64,000 bases of DNA from an uncultured delta proteobacterium (GTDB taxonomy: Bacteria; Myxococcota_A; UBA9160; SZUA-336), in the NCBI GenBank assembly GCA_963704165.1, contig CAVPHD010000004.1, forward strand, positions 502,800 to 566,799, read 5' to 3'. The position numbers and the translations under genes are program-made. Positions within the stretch are counted from its first letter, which is position 1. Every line of letters begins with the position of its first letter. Positions 52,514 through 62,534 of the stretch are shown in pieces. A model generated the notes under the pieces. It ran no database searches. It was not told where the DNA came from and worked only from the letters and a program-made list of their open reading frames with translations.

Positions 52514-53192
52514 TTGATCGCGTTCGGGGAGGTTCGAATGCCTGAAGCCGCGGTCGGCCTGCGGGAGCGGAACAAGCGCGAGAAGCTCGAGCGGATCACC
52601 GCTTCGGCGCGCGAGCTCTTCCGCTCGAAGGGCTTCGACGAGACGACCGCGCGCGAGATCTGCGAACGCGCGCGGATCGGCACGGGCACGCTCTTCCTCT
52701 ACGTTCGCGACAAGCGCGAGCTGCTCTTCCTGTGCTTCGAGGCCGACGCGCGGCGCCTGTTCGCGGAGGGTCGGGCGGAGGCCGTGCGTACCGTCGGCCT
52801 CGTGCCCCAACTGATGTGCCTGTTCCGCCGCTTCATCGGCGTACTACGCCGACGACCCCGCGCTCTCGAAGGCGATCGTTCGCGAGCTCTTCTTCCGACC
52901 GCACGAACCCGAAGGCATCGGCCGGCTCACGCTGGAGTATTCGGATCACGTCGCGGAACTCGTGCTCGGCGCACAGAAGCGCTTCGAGATCCGCAACGAC
53001 GTCGAGCCCGAAGCTGCCGCGATGGCCTTCTACGCGCACTACGCGTTCTGGATTCTCGGCTGGCTCGGCAGCGAGATGCTTCGAGTCGAGAGCGTGGAAC
53101 CGGGCCTTCGGCGGGCGCTCGAGCTCCAGCTCGAGGGACTCGCCACCGCCCGCCCCGCAGGAACGCGCAAGAGCGCCGGGAAGAGCAGATAG
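52514..53192 (+). pseudogene. TetR-family transcriptional regulator with a frameshift near 52845
   Basis: HTH ETTAREICERARIGTGTLFLYV in ORF 52514..53242. C-terminal ligand-binding part (..YYADDPALSKAIVRELFF...LGAQKRFEIRND...) in the frame of ORF 52962..53192. Confidence 0.6.
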
Positions 53193-53256
53193 GCATCTCT
53201 GGATCTCGACCCGTTCGGAGATCCATCGGTCGCGCGGGCTAGAATGCGCGCGCTCG

Positions 53257-55428
53257 ATGGGGGTCCCGAAGGCGCGCTCTTGGCTCGTGGCCGCGCTCGC
53301 GCTCTGCGTGTGCGCGCTTGCCGCCGTGCGCGCGCAGGCAGACGCATCGATCTCGGCCTCGCGCATCTCGATCCCACCCGTGATCGACGGCCGGCTCGAC
53401 GACGAAGCCTGGCGGTCGGCGGGTCGGAGCGACGCGTTTCGCGAGGTCGACCCGATCGAGGGCGGAGCGCCGAGGCAGCGGACCGAGGTCTGGGTCGCGT
53501 ACGACGACGAAGCGGTCTACGTCGCCGTGCGCTGTCACGACACCGATCCCGGAGGCATCGTCGCGAAGACGCTGCTCCCCGACGTGGACATGCGCTCCGA
53601 CGACCGCGTGAACTTCGTCTTCGACACGTTTCACGACTCGCGCAACGGCTACTTCTTCCAGATCAACCCGGTGAGCGCGCGCTCCGACGCGCTGATCGAG
53701 AACAACGCGATCTTCCGGCGAGAGTGGGACACGATCTGGTACGGGCAGGCGCGGGTCGACGCCGGCGGATGGAGCGCCGAGATCGCGATTCCGTTCCAGA
53801 GCCTGACGTTCCGGCCCGACGATCCGGTCTGGGGCTTCGAGGTCGAGCGCATCGTGCGCCGCGACAGTCAGAAGATCCGCTGGGCGAATCACTCGCAGAA
53901 CCACTTGATCACCAACGTCGCCGGAATCGGCCGGATCGAAGGGCTCGAGGGTGTGTCGGGAACGGGTCTCGACCTGAAGCCGACGTATCGTGCGGGACTC
54001 GACCGCAGGTACGACTCCGGCGACGACGACTGGCTCGGACGGCCCGGCCTCGACGTCTTCTACAAGCCGACCTCGTCGATCACCACGGTCGCGACGTTCA
54101 ACACCGACTTCTCGGACACGCCCGAGGATCTGCGCCAGACGAACCTCACGCGTTTTCCGATCTTCACCCCCGAGACGCGTGACTTCTTCCTGCAGGACGC
54201 GGGGATCTTCGACTTCGCCGGCATCATCGACAACGGCCGCCCGTTCTTCTCGCGCCGGATCGGAATCGTTCCGGGTGAGGTCGCTCCGATCGACGCAGGC
54301 CTGAAGGCGACGGGCCGCGTCGGTGAACTGAACTTCGGCGCGCTCTCGGTCATGACCGCCCCCACCGGAGCGTACGACCGCGAGAGCCTGACGGTGGCGC
54401 GCGCGAGCTTGAACTTCCTGGGCGAGTCGTCGGTGGGCACCGTCCTGACGCGCGGCGACCCGACGTCGCGCGACTCGGACACCGTGAGCGGAATCGATCT
54501 GCGCCTGCGCGACTCGGAGTTCCAGGGCTCGAAGATCATCGCGGCGGATTTCTTCGCGCTGCGCGCGGGAACGGGCGCGAAGGAGCACGCGTACGGCGCG
54601 CGACTCGACTACCCGAACGACAAGGTGAATTTCGGGCTCGGCTACCAGTGGTTGGGCGACGAGTACGATCCGCCGCTCGGCTTCGCGCCGCGCGTGGGCG
54701 TGCAGTCCTGGATCGGTCGCTACCGGCAGCGCTGGCGCCCGAGTAACACGATCCTGCGCACGATCGACACCGGCTTCACCGGGTTCATGTTCACCGGGCT
54801 CGACGGAAAACGTCAGTCGACGAGCATCCTGATCACCCCGCTCGACCTCACGAGCAACGACGAGGACCGGGTGTACTTCGGCTACCTGATCCGCGAGGAG
54901 AGACTCGAGGCGCCCTCGACCTTCTTCACCGACTCTCTCGTCCCCGCCGGGGACTACGACTTCCAACGCTGGGTCGTTCACGCGGAGACCTCGCTCGGTC
55001 GCCCGGTCGCGGGAATCTTCGAGCTGATCTGGGGTCCGTTCTACGACGGCACGCTCTACGCCTGGCTCGCGCGCGTCGAGCTCCGGCCGTCCCCGCATCT
55101 CTTCTTCTCGCTCGAGTACCGGCAGAACGACGGCCGTCTCGAGCCGCGGACCGGTCCGGGTGGCGAGCGTTACGACGGGAACTTCACCGACCGGCTCGCG
55201 ATCGCGAATCTCGCCTTCGCGTTCACGGAATCGATCTCGTGGACGAACCTCGTGCAGTACGACAACGCCTCGAAGACGGTCGGCGTCAACAGTCGTCTGC
55301 GCTGGGAGGTCGAGTCGGGGAGGGACCTCTACCTGATCTGGAACAACGGATGGAACGCGGACCACGAGCACGTCCGCCCGCTCGTCACGCAAGCGTTCGT
55401 GAAGATCGCCTGGACGTTCCGCTTCTAG
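53257..55428 (+). CDS. DUF5916 / CBM9-like domain protein, probable outer-membrane beta-barrel
   Basis: ATG at 53257 inside ORF 52732..55428. Signal peptide (WLVAALALCVCALAAVRAQA); CBM9-like N-terminal domain (PPVIDGRLDDEAW). C-terminal ...KIAWTFRF ends in an aromatic residue typical of OMP beta-barrels. Confidence 0.7.
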   Translation: MGVPKARSWLVAALALCVCALAAVRAQADASISASRISIPPVIDGRLDDEAWRSAGRSDAFREVDPIEGGAPRQRTEVWVAYDDEAVYVAVRCHDTDPGGIVAKTLLPDVDMRSDDRVNFVFDTFHDSRNGYFFQINPVSARSDALIENNAIFRREWDTIWYGQARVDAGGWSAEIAIPFQSLTFRPDDPVWGFEVERIVRRDSQKIRWANHSQNHLITNVAGIGRIEGLEGVSGTGLDLKPTYRAGLDRRYDSGDDDWLGRPGLDVFYKPTSSITTVATFNTDFSDTPEDLRQTNLTRFPIFTPETRDFFLQDAGIFDFAGIIDNGRPFFSRRIGIVPGEVAPIDAGLKATGRVGELNFGALSVMTAPTGAYDRESLTVARASLNFLGESSVGTVLTRGDPTSRDSDTVSGIDLRLRDSEFQGSKIIAADFFALRAGTGAKEHAYGARLDYPNDKVNFGLGYQWLGDEYDPPLGFAPRVGVQSWIGRYRQRWRPSNTILRTIDTGFTGFMFTGLDGKRQSTSILITPLDLTSNDEDRVYFGYLIREERLEAPSTFFTDSLVPAGDYDFQRWVVHAETSLGRPVAGIFELIWGPFYDGTLYAWLARVELRPSPHLFFSLEYRQNDGRLEPRTGPGGERYDGNFTDRLAIANLAFAFTESISWTNLVQYDNASKTVGVNSRLRWEVESGRDLYLIWNNGWNADHEHVRPLVTQAFVKIAWTFRF

Positions 55429-55431
55429 CTT

Positions 55432-57105
55432 CTAGTGGATCAGCTGCTTGAAACGCATGCGATGCGGCTGGTCCGCGTCGGTGCCTTTGCGGCGGTGCAG
55501 GTCGGCTTCGTACTCCTGGTAGTTCCCCTCGAAGAACTCGACGTGGCTCTCGCCCTCGAACGCGAGCATGTGGGTCGCGATGCGGTCGAGGAACCAGCGG
55601 TCGTGGGAGATCACGACGACGCAGCCCGCGAAGCCGAGCAACGCTTCTTCGAGCGCGCGCAGGGTGTCGACGTCGAGGTCGTTCGTCGGCTCGTCGAGCA
55701 GGAGCACGTTGCCGCCCTCGCGCAGCGTGCGCGCGAGGTGGAGGCGGTTGCGCTCGCCGCCCGAGAGCATCGAGACGCGCTTCTGCTGGTCGGGCCCCTT
55801 GAATCCGAAGCTCCCCACGTACGCGCGGCTCGGCAGCTCGCGGCTTCCGACCTTCATCTTCTCCTCGCCGCCGCTGATCGCCTCGAAGACCGTCTTCTTC
55901 GGGTCGAGATCGGAGCGCGACTGATCGACGTAGGCGAGCTTCACCGTTTCGCCGAGGCGGATCGCGCCGGAGTCGGGCTTCTCGCTGCCGGTGATCATGC
56001 GGAAGAGCGTCGTCTTGCCGGCGCCGTTTCCGCCGATCACTCCGACGATGCCGCCCGGTGGAAGCTCGAAGGAGAGATCGTCGATCAGGAGCAGATCGCC
56101 GTATCCCTTCGAGAGATGCTCGGCTTCGATCACCACGTCGCCGAGGCGCGGTCCGGGCGGGATCGCGATCTCGACCGTCTCGGGCGCGCGGTTGGCTTCC
56201 TCCGCGCGCAGCTTCTCGAACGCGGAGAGCCGCGCCTTGCTCTTCGCCTGCCGCGCACGCGGCGCCATCTGCACCCACTCGAGTTCGCGCTGCAGCGTCC
56301 GTTGGCGCGCCGTCGAGCGCTTCTCCTCGACCTCGAGGCGCTTCTGCTTCTGCTCGAGCCAGGAGCTGTAGTTGCCCTTGTACGGGATTCCACGGCCGCG
56401 ATCGAGCTCGAGGATCCAGCCGGCGACGTTGTCGAGGAAGTAGCGATCGTGCGTGACGGCGACGACCGTGCCCGGGTACTCGTGCAGGAAGCGCTCGAGC
56501 CAGGCGACCGACTCGGCGTCGAGATGATTGGTCGGCTCGTCGAGCAGGAGCAGGTCGGGCTTCTGGAGCAGGAGCCGGCAGAGCGCGACGCGCCGCCGCT
56601 CGCCACCCGAGAGCGTACGCACTTCGGCGTCACCCGGCGGGACGCGAAGCGCGTCCATCGCGACTTCGAGCGTGCGGTCGAGCTCCCACGCGTTCACCGC
56701 CTCGATCTGGTCCTGGAGCTTCGCCTGCTCCTCGATCAGCGCGTTCATCTCGTCGTCGTCGAGAGGCTCGGAAAAACGCGCGGAGACCTCTTCGAAGCGC
56801 TGGAGCAGGGCGCGTGTCGGGGCGACACCTTCCTCGACGACGCCGAGCACGGTCTTGGACTCGTCGAGGACCGGCTCCTGCGCGAGATAGCCGATGCGAA
56901 GGCCCTCGGCCGGGCGCGCGACGCCGACGAACTCGGGGTCGAGCCCCGCCATGATCTTGAGCAGCGTGCTCTTGCCCGAGCCGTTGTGTCCGAGCACGCC
57001 GATCTTCGCGCCCGGCAGGAACGAGAGCGAGATCTGATCGAGCAGGATGCGATCGGGCGGGACGACCTTGCGCAGATCCTCCATCACGAAGACGAACTCG
57101 GGCAC
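55432..57105 (-). CDS. ettA: energy-dependent translational throttle ABC-F ATPase
   Basis: 557 aa: [54 protein letters not shown] closely parallels EttA; two ABC modules with an arm/linker. Confidence 0.92.
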   Translation of the reverse strand: MPEFVFVMEDLRKVVPPDRILLDQISLSFLPGAKIGVLGHNGSGKSTLLKIMAGLDPEFVGVARPAEGLRIGYLAQEPVLDESKTVLGVVEEGVAPTRALLQRFEEVSARFSEPLDDDEMNALIEEQAKLQDQIEAVNAWELDRTLEVAMDALRVPPGDAEVRTLSGGERRRVALCRLLLQKPDLLLLDEPTNHLDAESVAWLERFLHEYPGTVVAVTHDRYFLDNVAGWILELDRGRGIPYKGNYSSWLEQKQKRLEVEEKRSTARQRTLQRELEWVQMAPRARQAKSKARLSAFEKLRAEEANRAPETVEIAIPPGPRLGDVVIEAEHLSKGYGDLLLIDDLSFELPPGGIVGVIGGNGAGKTTLFRMITGSEKPDSGAIRLGETVKLAYVDQSRSDLDPKKTVFEAISGGEEKMKVGSRELPSRAYVGSFGFKGPDQQKRVSMLSGGERNRLHLARTLREGGNVLLLDEPTNDLDVDTLRALEEALLGFAGCVVVISHDRWFLDRIATHMLAFEGESHVEFFEGNYQEYEADLHRRKGTDADQPHRMRFKQLIH

Positions 57106-57164
57106 GGGCGACTCCTCGGGTCGGGGCCGCGGAATATAACCGGGGCGCTACTTTTCGCCGAGCG

Positions 57165-58236
57165 TCAGCTGGCCCAGCCGCGCATGCGCGCGGCCTGATC
57201 GCGCAGAAGCTCCGGGCCGCCGAGCAGCTGGCGCGACAGCGCGACGCGCCGGAACCACAGGTGCAGGTCGTACTGCTCTGTGAAGCCGATCCCGCCGTGG
57301 ACCTCCGTCGCCTTGCGCAGGATTTCCGAGGCGACCTCGGAGAGGTGCGCCTTCGTCAGCGTCGCGAGCCGCACCGCCTCTTCGGGATCGTGATCGAAGG
57401 CGTGCGCGCCGTACCACGCGAGCGAGCGGGCGGGTTCGAGCTCGGCGGCGATCTCGGAGAGCATGTGCTTCACCGCCTGGAAGGAGCCGATCACGCGGCC
57501 GAACTGCTTGCGCTCCATGGCGTAGGCGAGGGACAGCTCGAGCGCGCGCGTGCAGCAGCCGAGCGAATCGAAGGCGAGGGCGAGTCGGCCCGCGGCGAGC
57601 ATGCGCGTCGGGTTTTCGAGCACGGCCATCGACTCGACGCCGTGGAAGCGGAGCTCGGCGATCCTCCGCGTGCGATCGACGCTGTCGAGCGGAACGATTT
57701 CGACGCCGCTCGAAGCCGCCGGGACGATCGCGACCCCGCCCGTGCAGTGCACGAGCAGCCGGTCCGCACCGACGGCGTCGAGCGCGAAGAGCGCGCTGCC
57801 CACGAGGCGCCCGCGCTCGAGTCGGACCCCGGCTCCGTCGCGGGCGGCGTAGCTCTCGGCGAGCGCGACTCCGAAGCGCGTCCGTCCGGCGGCGATCTCG
57901 GGCAGGAGTTCCTTGGCCAGCGGCTCGGAGCCGCCGTCGCGAATCCCGATCGCGGCGACGACGCCGGTGGCGACGAACGTCGCCGGGGCGGCGGCGCGAC
58001 CGAGCTCCTCCGCGACCAGCATCGCGTCGAGAAAGGACAGGTCGTTCCCGCCGTGTGCCTCGGGCACGAGCGTTCCGAACACGCCGAGCTCGCAGAGCTG
58101 GGCGTGGAGATTCGCATCGTGCCCGACTGCGGAGTGGGAGACTTCTCTCGCCCGCGTCGTCGGATACGCGTCCTCGAGCAGCCGCCGAACCGTCTCCTGC
58201 AGAAGTCGCTGCTCGTCCGACAATCCGAAGTCCATC
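57165..58236 (-). CDS. acyl-CoA dehydrogenase family protein (second, shorter subunit of a paired ACAD)
   Basis: MDFGLSDEQRLLQETVRRLLEDAYP...; ACAD fold. Start abuts/overlaps the stop of the upstream ACAD. Confidence 0.8.
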
Positions 58237-58237
58237 G

Positions 58238-59431
58238 TCAGGCCGCCTTCGGCTCGCGCGGCAGCCCGAGGCCCCGCTCGCCGATGATGTTTTTCTGGAT
58301 CTGCGCGGTGCCGCCGCCGATGATCAAGCCGAGCGAGAACATCCACTGCCACGGCCAGCCGCCGCGCGCGCGTTCGTGCGGGGTTCCGCGGACGAGAGGA
58401 CCGAGCTCGCCGAGCACGTCGAGCGCGAGCGCCGCGATCTGGTGATTCAGCTCGCAGCCGCGAAGCTTCACGATCAGCCCCGCGACACCCGGACTTTCGC
58501 CGCGGAGCCCGCAGGTCAAGAGACGGAGCGCGTGGTACTTCATCGCCAGCACGTTCGCTTCCAGTCGGACCAGGCGATCGCGCAGCACCGGGGATTCGAT
58601 CGCGCTCCTCGAGTTGATGGTCTCCTGATTCATCAGGGCCACGAGCGAAGCGAACAACGATTCGGTCTGCGTGGTGCTGCCGAGCATGTTCCGCTCGTGT
58701 CGCAGCGTGGTGTTGCCGATCTTCCAGCCCTCGCCGCGCCTTCCGACCAGCGACGACTTCGGGACCCGCACGTTCGTGAAGAACACCTCGTTGAACTCGG
58801 CGTTCCCCGTCAGCGTGTGCAGAGGTCGCACCTCGATTCCCGGCGTGCTCATCGGGAACACCAGGTAGGAGATGCCTTCGTGCTTTCGCGCCTCGGGCTC
58901 GGTGCGCACCAGCGCGAACATCATCTTCGACTCGCGGGCGGTCGAGGTCCAGATCTTCTGGCCGTTGATCACGAAGTCGTCGCCGTCTTCGACCGCGCGG
59001 GTCTGCAGCGACGCGAGGTCGGAGCCCGAGCCCGGCTCGCTGTACCCCTGACACCAGACCATCTCGCCGCGGATCGTCGGTCCCACGTAGGCGCGCTTCT
59101 GCTCCTCGGAGCCGTGCTCGAGCAACGTCGGTACGAGCATCGAGACGCCCTGATTGCCGATGCCGCGCGAGACTCCGGCGCGGGCGAACTCCTCGTCGAT
59201 GATGATCGACTTCAGCATGTCGGGCTCCGCGCCGTACCCCCCGTACGCCTTGGGAATCGTGCGCCCGGCGTAGCCGTTCTCGATCAAGAGGCGCTGCCAC
59301 GCGAGCGTGCTCATGGGCGAGCCGACCGCGCCTCCGATCGCCGCGCTCGGTGCGCCCTCCGCGTGCGCGTCGAGAAACGCGCGTACTTCGGACCGGAACG
59401 ACTCGTACTCGGGTCCGTACTCGAGGTCCAT
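58238..59431 (-). CDS. acyl-CoA dehydrogenase
   Basis: MDLEYGPEYESFRSEVRAFLDAH...YSEPGSGSDLASLQTRA...; catalytic Glu region (GGGTAQIQKNIIGER). ATG at 59431 inside ORF 58238..59719. Confidence 0.88.
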   Translation of the reverse strand: MDLEYGPEYESFRSEVRAFLDAHAEGAPSAAIGGAVGSPMSTLAWQRLLIENGYAGRTIPKAYGGYGAEPDMLKSIIIDEEFARAGVSRGIGNQGVSMLVPTLLEHGSEEQKRAYVGPTIRGEMVWCQGYSEPGSGSDLASLQTRAVEDGDDFVINGQKIWTSTARESKMMFALVRTEPEARKHEGISYLVFPMSTPGIEVRPLHTLTGNAEFNEVFFTNVRVPKSSLVGRRGEGWKIGNTTLRHERNMLGSTTQTESLFASLVALMNQETINSRSAIESPVLRDRLVRLEANVLAMKYHALRLLTCGLRGESPGVAGLIVKLRGCELNHQIAALALDVLGELGPLVRGTPHERARGGWPWQWMFSLGLIIGGGTAQIQKNIIGERGLGLPREPKAA

Positions 59432-59489
59432 GGGGGCTCCTTCGCGGCCATTATCGTTGCTGGCACCGCGCACTGTCCAACGCCCGCTA

Positions 59490-60779
59490 CACTCGCAGCC
59501 GATGGATCCTCTTCTCGGTGCCCTGATCATCGTCGCGTGTCTTCTGTCGTCGGCCTTCTTCTCCGCCAGCGAGACGGCGCTTCTGCGGATGCGTGCGCAC
59601 GAGCTCGAGAAGGACATCCGAGAGGCGCGCGGACCCGCCGCGTTCGCGATCCGTGACCTGCTCGGCTCGACCTCGCGGCTGCTCGTGACGATCCTGCTTG
59701 CGAACTCGCTCGTGAACATCCTCGGTCCGAGCGTCGCGACCGCGCTGGCCGTCGAATGGCTGGGCGCTCAGCCCGGGGTCCTGGCCTCGACGGCCGTCAT
59801 GACGGCGCTGATCCTGGTCTTCGGCGAGGTTCTGCCCAAGGCACTCGCGGCCTCCCACCCGCGCCGCGTCTCCCACGCGGTGGCACTGCCCTTGTACCTG
59901 CTCCACAAGATGCTCTGGCCGGCGCACCTGGTTTTCGCGCGGATCATCGAGCCGTTCGTTCGGCGAGTGGCGGGAACCGCCGAGGAGGGGCCGCCGATGA
60001 CCACGGTCGAGGACGTGCTCCGGCTCGCGCGTGCCGCGTCGGCTTCCCAATCCGATGCGCACCCCGACGCACACCCGCTCGAGATCATCGGCTCCGCCGC
60101 GGGTGCCGCGAACATGACCGTGATGGAGATCATGGTGCCGCGCGCCGAAATCGTCGCATTTCCGAACGACATCTCCCCGTCGGACCTGCTCGAGAAGGTG
60201 ATGGAGGAGCGCTACACGCGCGTCCTCATCTACGAGGGCTCGATCGACAAGACGCTCGGGATCGTCCACCTGAAGGATCTGATCAAGCTGCTCTCGTCGG
60301 AAGGCGGGGATCTGGCGTCGATCGTGAAGCCGATCCTCCGCGTACCCGGGCGCAAGCCGATCCTGCGGTTGCTCGCCGACATGCAGCGGAACTTCGTGCA
60401 CCTCGCCGTGGTGAAGGACGAGTTCGGCGTGACCCTCGGTCTGGTCACGCAGGAGGACATCCTCGAGGAGATCGTCGGCGAGATCCGCGACGAGTTCGAC
60501 CGCGAGGAGCTGCTCACCATCCGAGAGCTTCCCGACGGAGCCTGCGAGGCGCTCGGCCGGGTCAAGGTCGTCGACTTCAACCGCGAGACGGGTTGGGAGG
60601 TTCCGGCCGAGCGTGGCGACACGCTCGCCGGCCTGGTCTTCCACGAGCTCGGCCGCGCGCCGCGCGAGGGTGACGTCGTGTGCGTGCCCGGCTACGAGTT
60701 CCGCATCGCCGACATTTCGGGCACCCGCATCACGCAGGTGGTCGTGCGACGGAACCCGGACGAGGCCACCGAGCGCTAG
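59490..60779 (+). CDS. CNNM/CorC-family transporter-associated protein (DUF21-CBS pair-CorC_HlyC)
   Basis: ATG 59490 inside ORF 59487..60779. N-terminal DUF21 TM region (ALIIVACLLSSAFFSASETAL); CBS pair (IMVPRAEIVAFPND...); C-terminal CorC_HlyC. Confidence 0.85.
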   Translation, partial: HSQPMDPLLGALIIVACLLSSAFFSASETALLRMRAHELEKDIREARGPAAFAIRDLLGSTSRLLVTILLANSLVNILGPSVATALAVEWLGAQPGVLASTAVMTALILVFGEVLPKALAASHPRRVSHAVALPLYLLHKMLWPAHLVFARIIEPFVRRVAGTAEEGPPMTTVEDVLRLARAASASQSDAHPDAHPLEIIGSAAGAANMTVMEIMVPRAEIVAFPNDISPSDLLEKVMEERYTRVLIYEGSIDKTLGIVHLKDLIKLLSSEGGDLASIVKPILRVPGRKPILRLLADMQRNFVHLAVVKDEFGVTLGLVTQEDILEEIVGEIRDEFDREELLTIRELPDGACEALGRVKVVDFNRETGWEVPAERGDTLAGLVFHELGRAPREGDVVCVPGYEFRIADISGTRITQVVVRRNPDEATER

Positions 60780-61015
60780 ACGTCCTCGTCCTCGTCGATC
60801 GGCTTCAGCAGGATCGGCGAGGGCGCGTACTCGGGTCCGTCCTTCCAGCCCGGGATCCGCTCGGCCTCGGCCAGCCACGACCGCGCGATCGATTCCTCGA
60901 CGACGACGCTCGAGTTGTCGAACGACTCGAGCAGGCTTTCCCAGAGCGCGCGGCCGCCGCTCGCCCACCAGAGCCGCGCGGGATTCTCGAAGTCGATGGC
61001 CAGCTTCACGAGCAC
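60776..61015 (-). CDS. hypothetical small acidic protein downstream of fliA-like sigma factor
   Basis: 79-aa ORF, same strand and 40 bp downstream of the sigma factor gene; acidic C-terminus (DEDEDV). No family recognised. Confidence 0.3.
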   Translation of the reverse strand: MLVKLAIDFENPARLWWASGGRALWESLLESFDNSSVVVEESIARSWLAEAERIPGWKDGPEYAPSPILLKPIDEDEDV

Positions 61016-61055
61016 GGGGCGCAGGGTAGCGGATCGCTCGTTCCGCGCGCCCCGC

Positions 61056-61814
61056 TCAGTTCATCATCGCGGCGCGCATGCGCGAGCGCAGCCGCGAGAC
61101 CGCCTTCGAGTGGATCTGGCAGACGCGGGACTCGGTGATCCCGAGGATCTGCCCGATCTCCTTCAGGTTCAGGTCCTCGTAGTAGTAGAGCGAGATCACC
61201 AGGCGCTCCTTCTCGGGCAGCCCGGCGATGCCGTTCGCGAGCGCCTGGGTCAGCTCGCGCTGCTTCAGCTGAGCGAACGGGTCCTCGGCGTTCACGTCCT
61301 CGAGGTTTCCGCTCGGCAGCGGCTGATCGTTGTCGCTCTGTCCGCGCAGGTCGTCGAGATTCACCATCGACACGCCGCGTGTCTGGTTCACCAAGGTGTG
61401 GAAGTCGTCGATCGGGAGGCCGAGGGTTCCCGCGACCTCGTCGTGGGTGGCGGGCCGGCCGAGTCTCTGCTCGACGGAGTTCGTCGCCTGCTCGAGCTGG
61501 CGGCTCTTCTGGCGCACCGAGCGCGGAACCCAGTCGAGCGAGCGAAGCTGGTCGAGGATCGCGCCACGTATGCGGAACTCCGCATAGGTCTTGAACTTGC
61601 AGTCCTTGGTCGGGTCGTACTTGTCGACCGCGTCCATCAGGCCGATCACGCCGGTGTTGTGCAGATCCTCGAGGTCCACGTGGGAGGGCAGCCGCACCGC
61701 GATCCGGCTCACGATGTAACTGATCAACGAGGTGTGTTCGATCACGATCCGTTCTTTCAGTTCAGGCGGGACCCGCCCATGTCGTGCCCAAGCCTTCCGG
61801 ATCAGAGTCTCCAT
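61056..61814 (-). CDS. fliA: RNA polymerase sigma factor, FliA/WhiG (sigma-28) family
   Basis: Start at METLIRKAW within ORF 61056..61970. Region 2 (YIVSRIAVRLPSHVDLEDLHNTGVIGLMDAVDKYDP...YAEFRIRGAILD); region 4 (LYYYEDLNLKEIGQILGITESRVCQIHSKAVSRLR). Confidence 0.8.
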   Translation of the reverse strand: METLIRKAWARHGRVPPELKERIVIEHTSLISYIVSRIAVRLPSHVDLEDLHNTGVIGLMDAVDKYDPTKDCKFKTYAEFRIRGAILDQLRSLDWVPRSVRQKSRQLEQATNSVEQRLGRPATHDEVAGTLGLPIDDFHTLVNQTRGVSMVNLDDLRGQSDNDQPLPSGNLEDVNAEDPFAQLKQRELTQALANGIAGLPEKERLVISLYYYEDLNLKEIGQILGITESRVCQIHSKAVSRLRSRMRAAMMN

Positions 61815-62130
61815 CCGTTCCCTCTCCTCTACGAGCTTCCGCGAGTTGCTTCGGACCTGCGCGCGCTCGGATGTGCAAGGCGGGTGCCCGGCGCTGAATC
61901 GGCTCCGAATGGCTCGCCCTTGAGGACCGGCAAGTACCGCGCAGCACACCGGAAGATCCCGAGAATGCACGGGAATTCCGGAGCGTCGGGGTCGGGTACG
62001 CGGCTCGGTGAAGCCCCCCCGGAGCGGGCCCGGCGAGGCCCCGCGCCGTCGGATCCTTGACGCTCGAGCGACCGGGTCGCGTTGGCTTTCCGACGCTCAA
62101 TCTCGGCTGCGAAAAGCCGAATTACGCTGC

Positions 62131-62508
62131 GTGGTCTACGAATCCGACTCTCTTCGACCGCTGCCGACGCGACGGGTCGCGACGCGCTACGTCGTCCGGA
62201 TTGGAGTGATTCTCCACGTCGGGGAGCGGGCGATCGAAGCCGCGATGGTGGACATCTCCGCCAGCGGTGCGCTCGTCGAGTGTGCGCCGCTCGGGATCGC
62301 GCCCGGTGCGAGCATCATGATCGAAATCGAGACCTTCAAGGTCGACCCGCCCATCCGCATGCTCGCGAAGCACGTGCGCGACACCGTCACGGGCTGCGCG
62401 CTGCGGTTCGCCGACGTCGATCCTTTCCTGCGCGTCTTCGTGAAGCTGGTGCACTCGAGTGAGGAATCCGAGGAGGACCCGCTCGAGAAGCTGCTGGCGG
62501 AGTCCTGA
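62131..62508 (+). CDS. PilZ domain protein (c-di-GMP receptor-like)
   Basis: Within ORF 62008..62508: RRVATRYVV...MVDISASGALV (RxxxR...DxSxxG PilZ motifs). Start uncertain (GTG about 62131 or ATG 62239). Confidence 0.55.
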   Translation: MVYESDSLRPLPTRRVATRYVVRIGVILHVGERAIEAAMVDISASGALVECAPLGIAPGASIMIEIETFKVDPPIRMLAKHVRDTVTGCALRFADVDPFLRVFVKLVHSSEESEEDPLEKLLAES

Positions 62509-62534
62509 CGCCCGGATTCGCGTAGGATCGCCGT

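Noticed and set aside
60776-61015. Small ORF downstream of fliA as FlgM anti-sigma factor
   Set aside because: The sequence is acidic/Trp-containing rather than the Ser/Thr/Gln-rich disordered FlgM type, and it lies downstream rather than in a flgM-like context. Retained only as a low-confidence hypothetical CDS.
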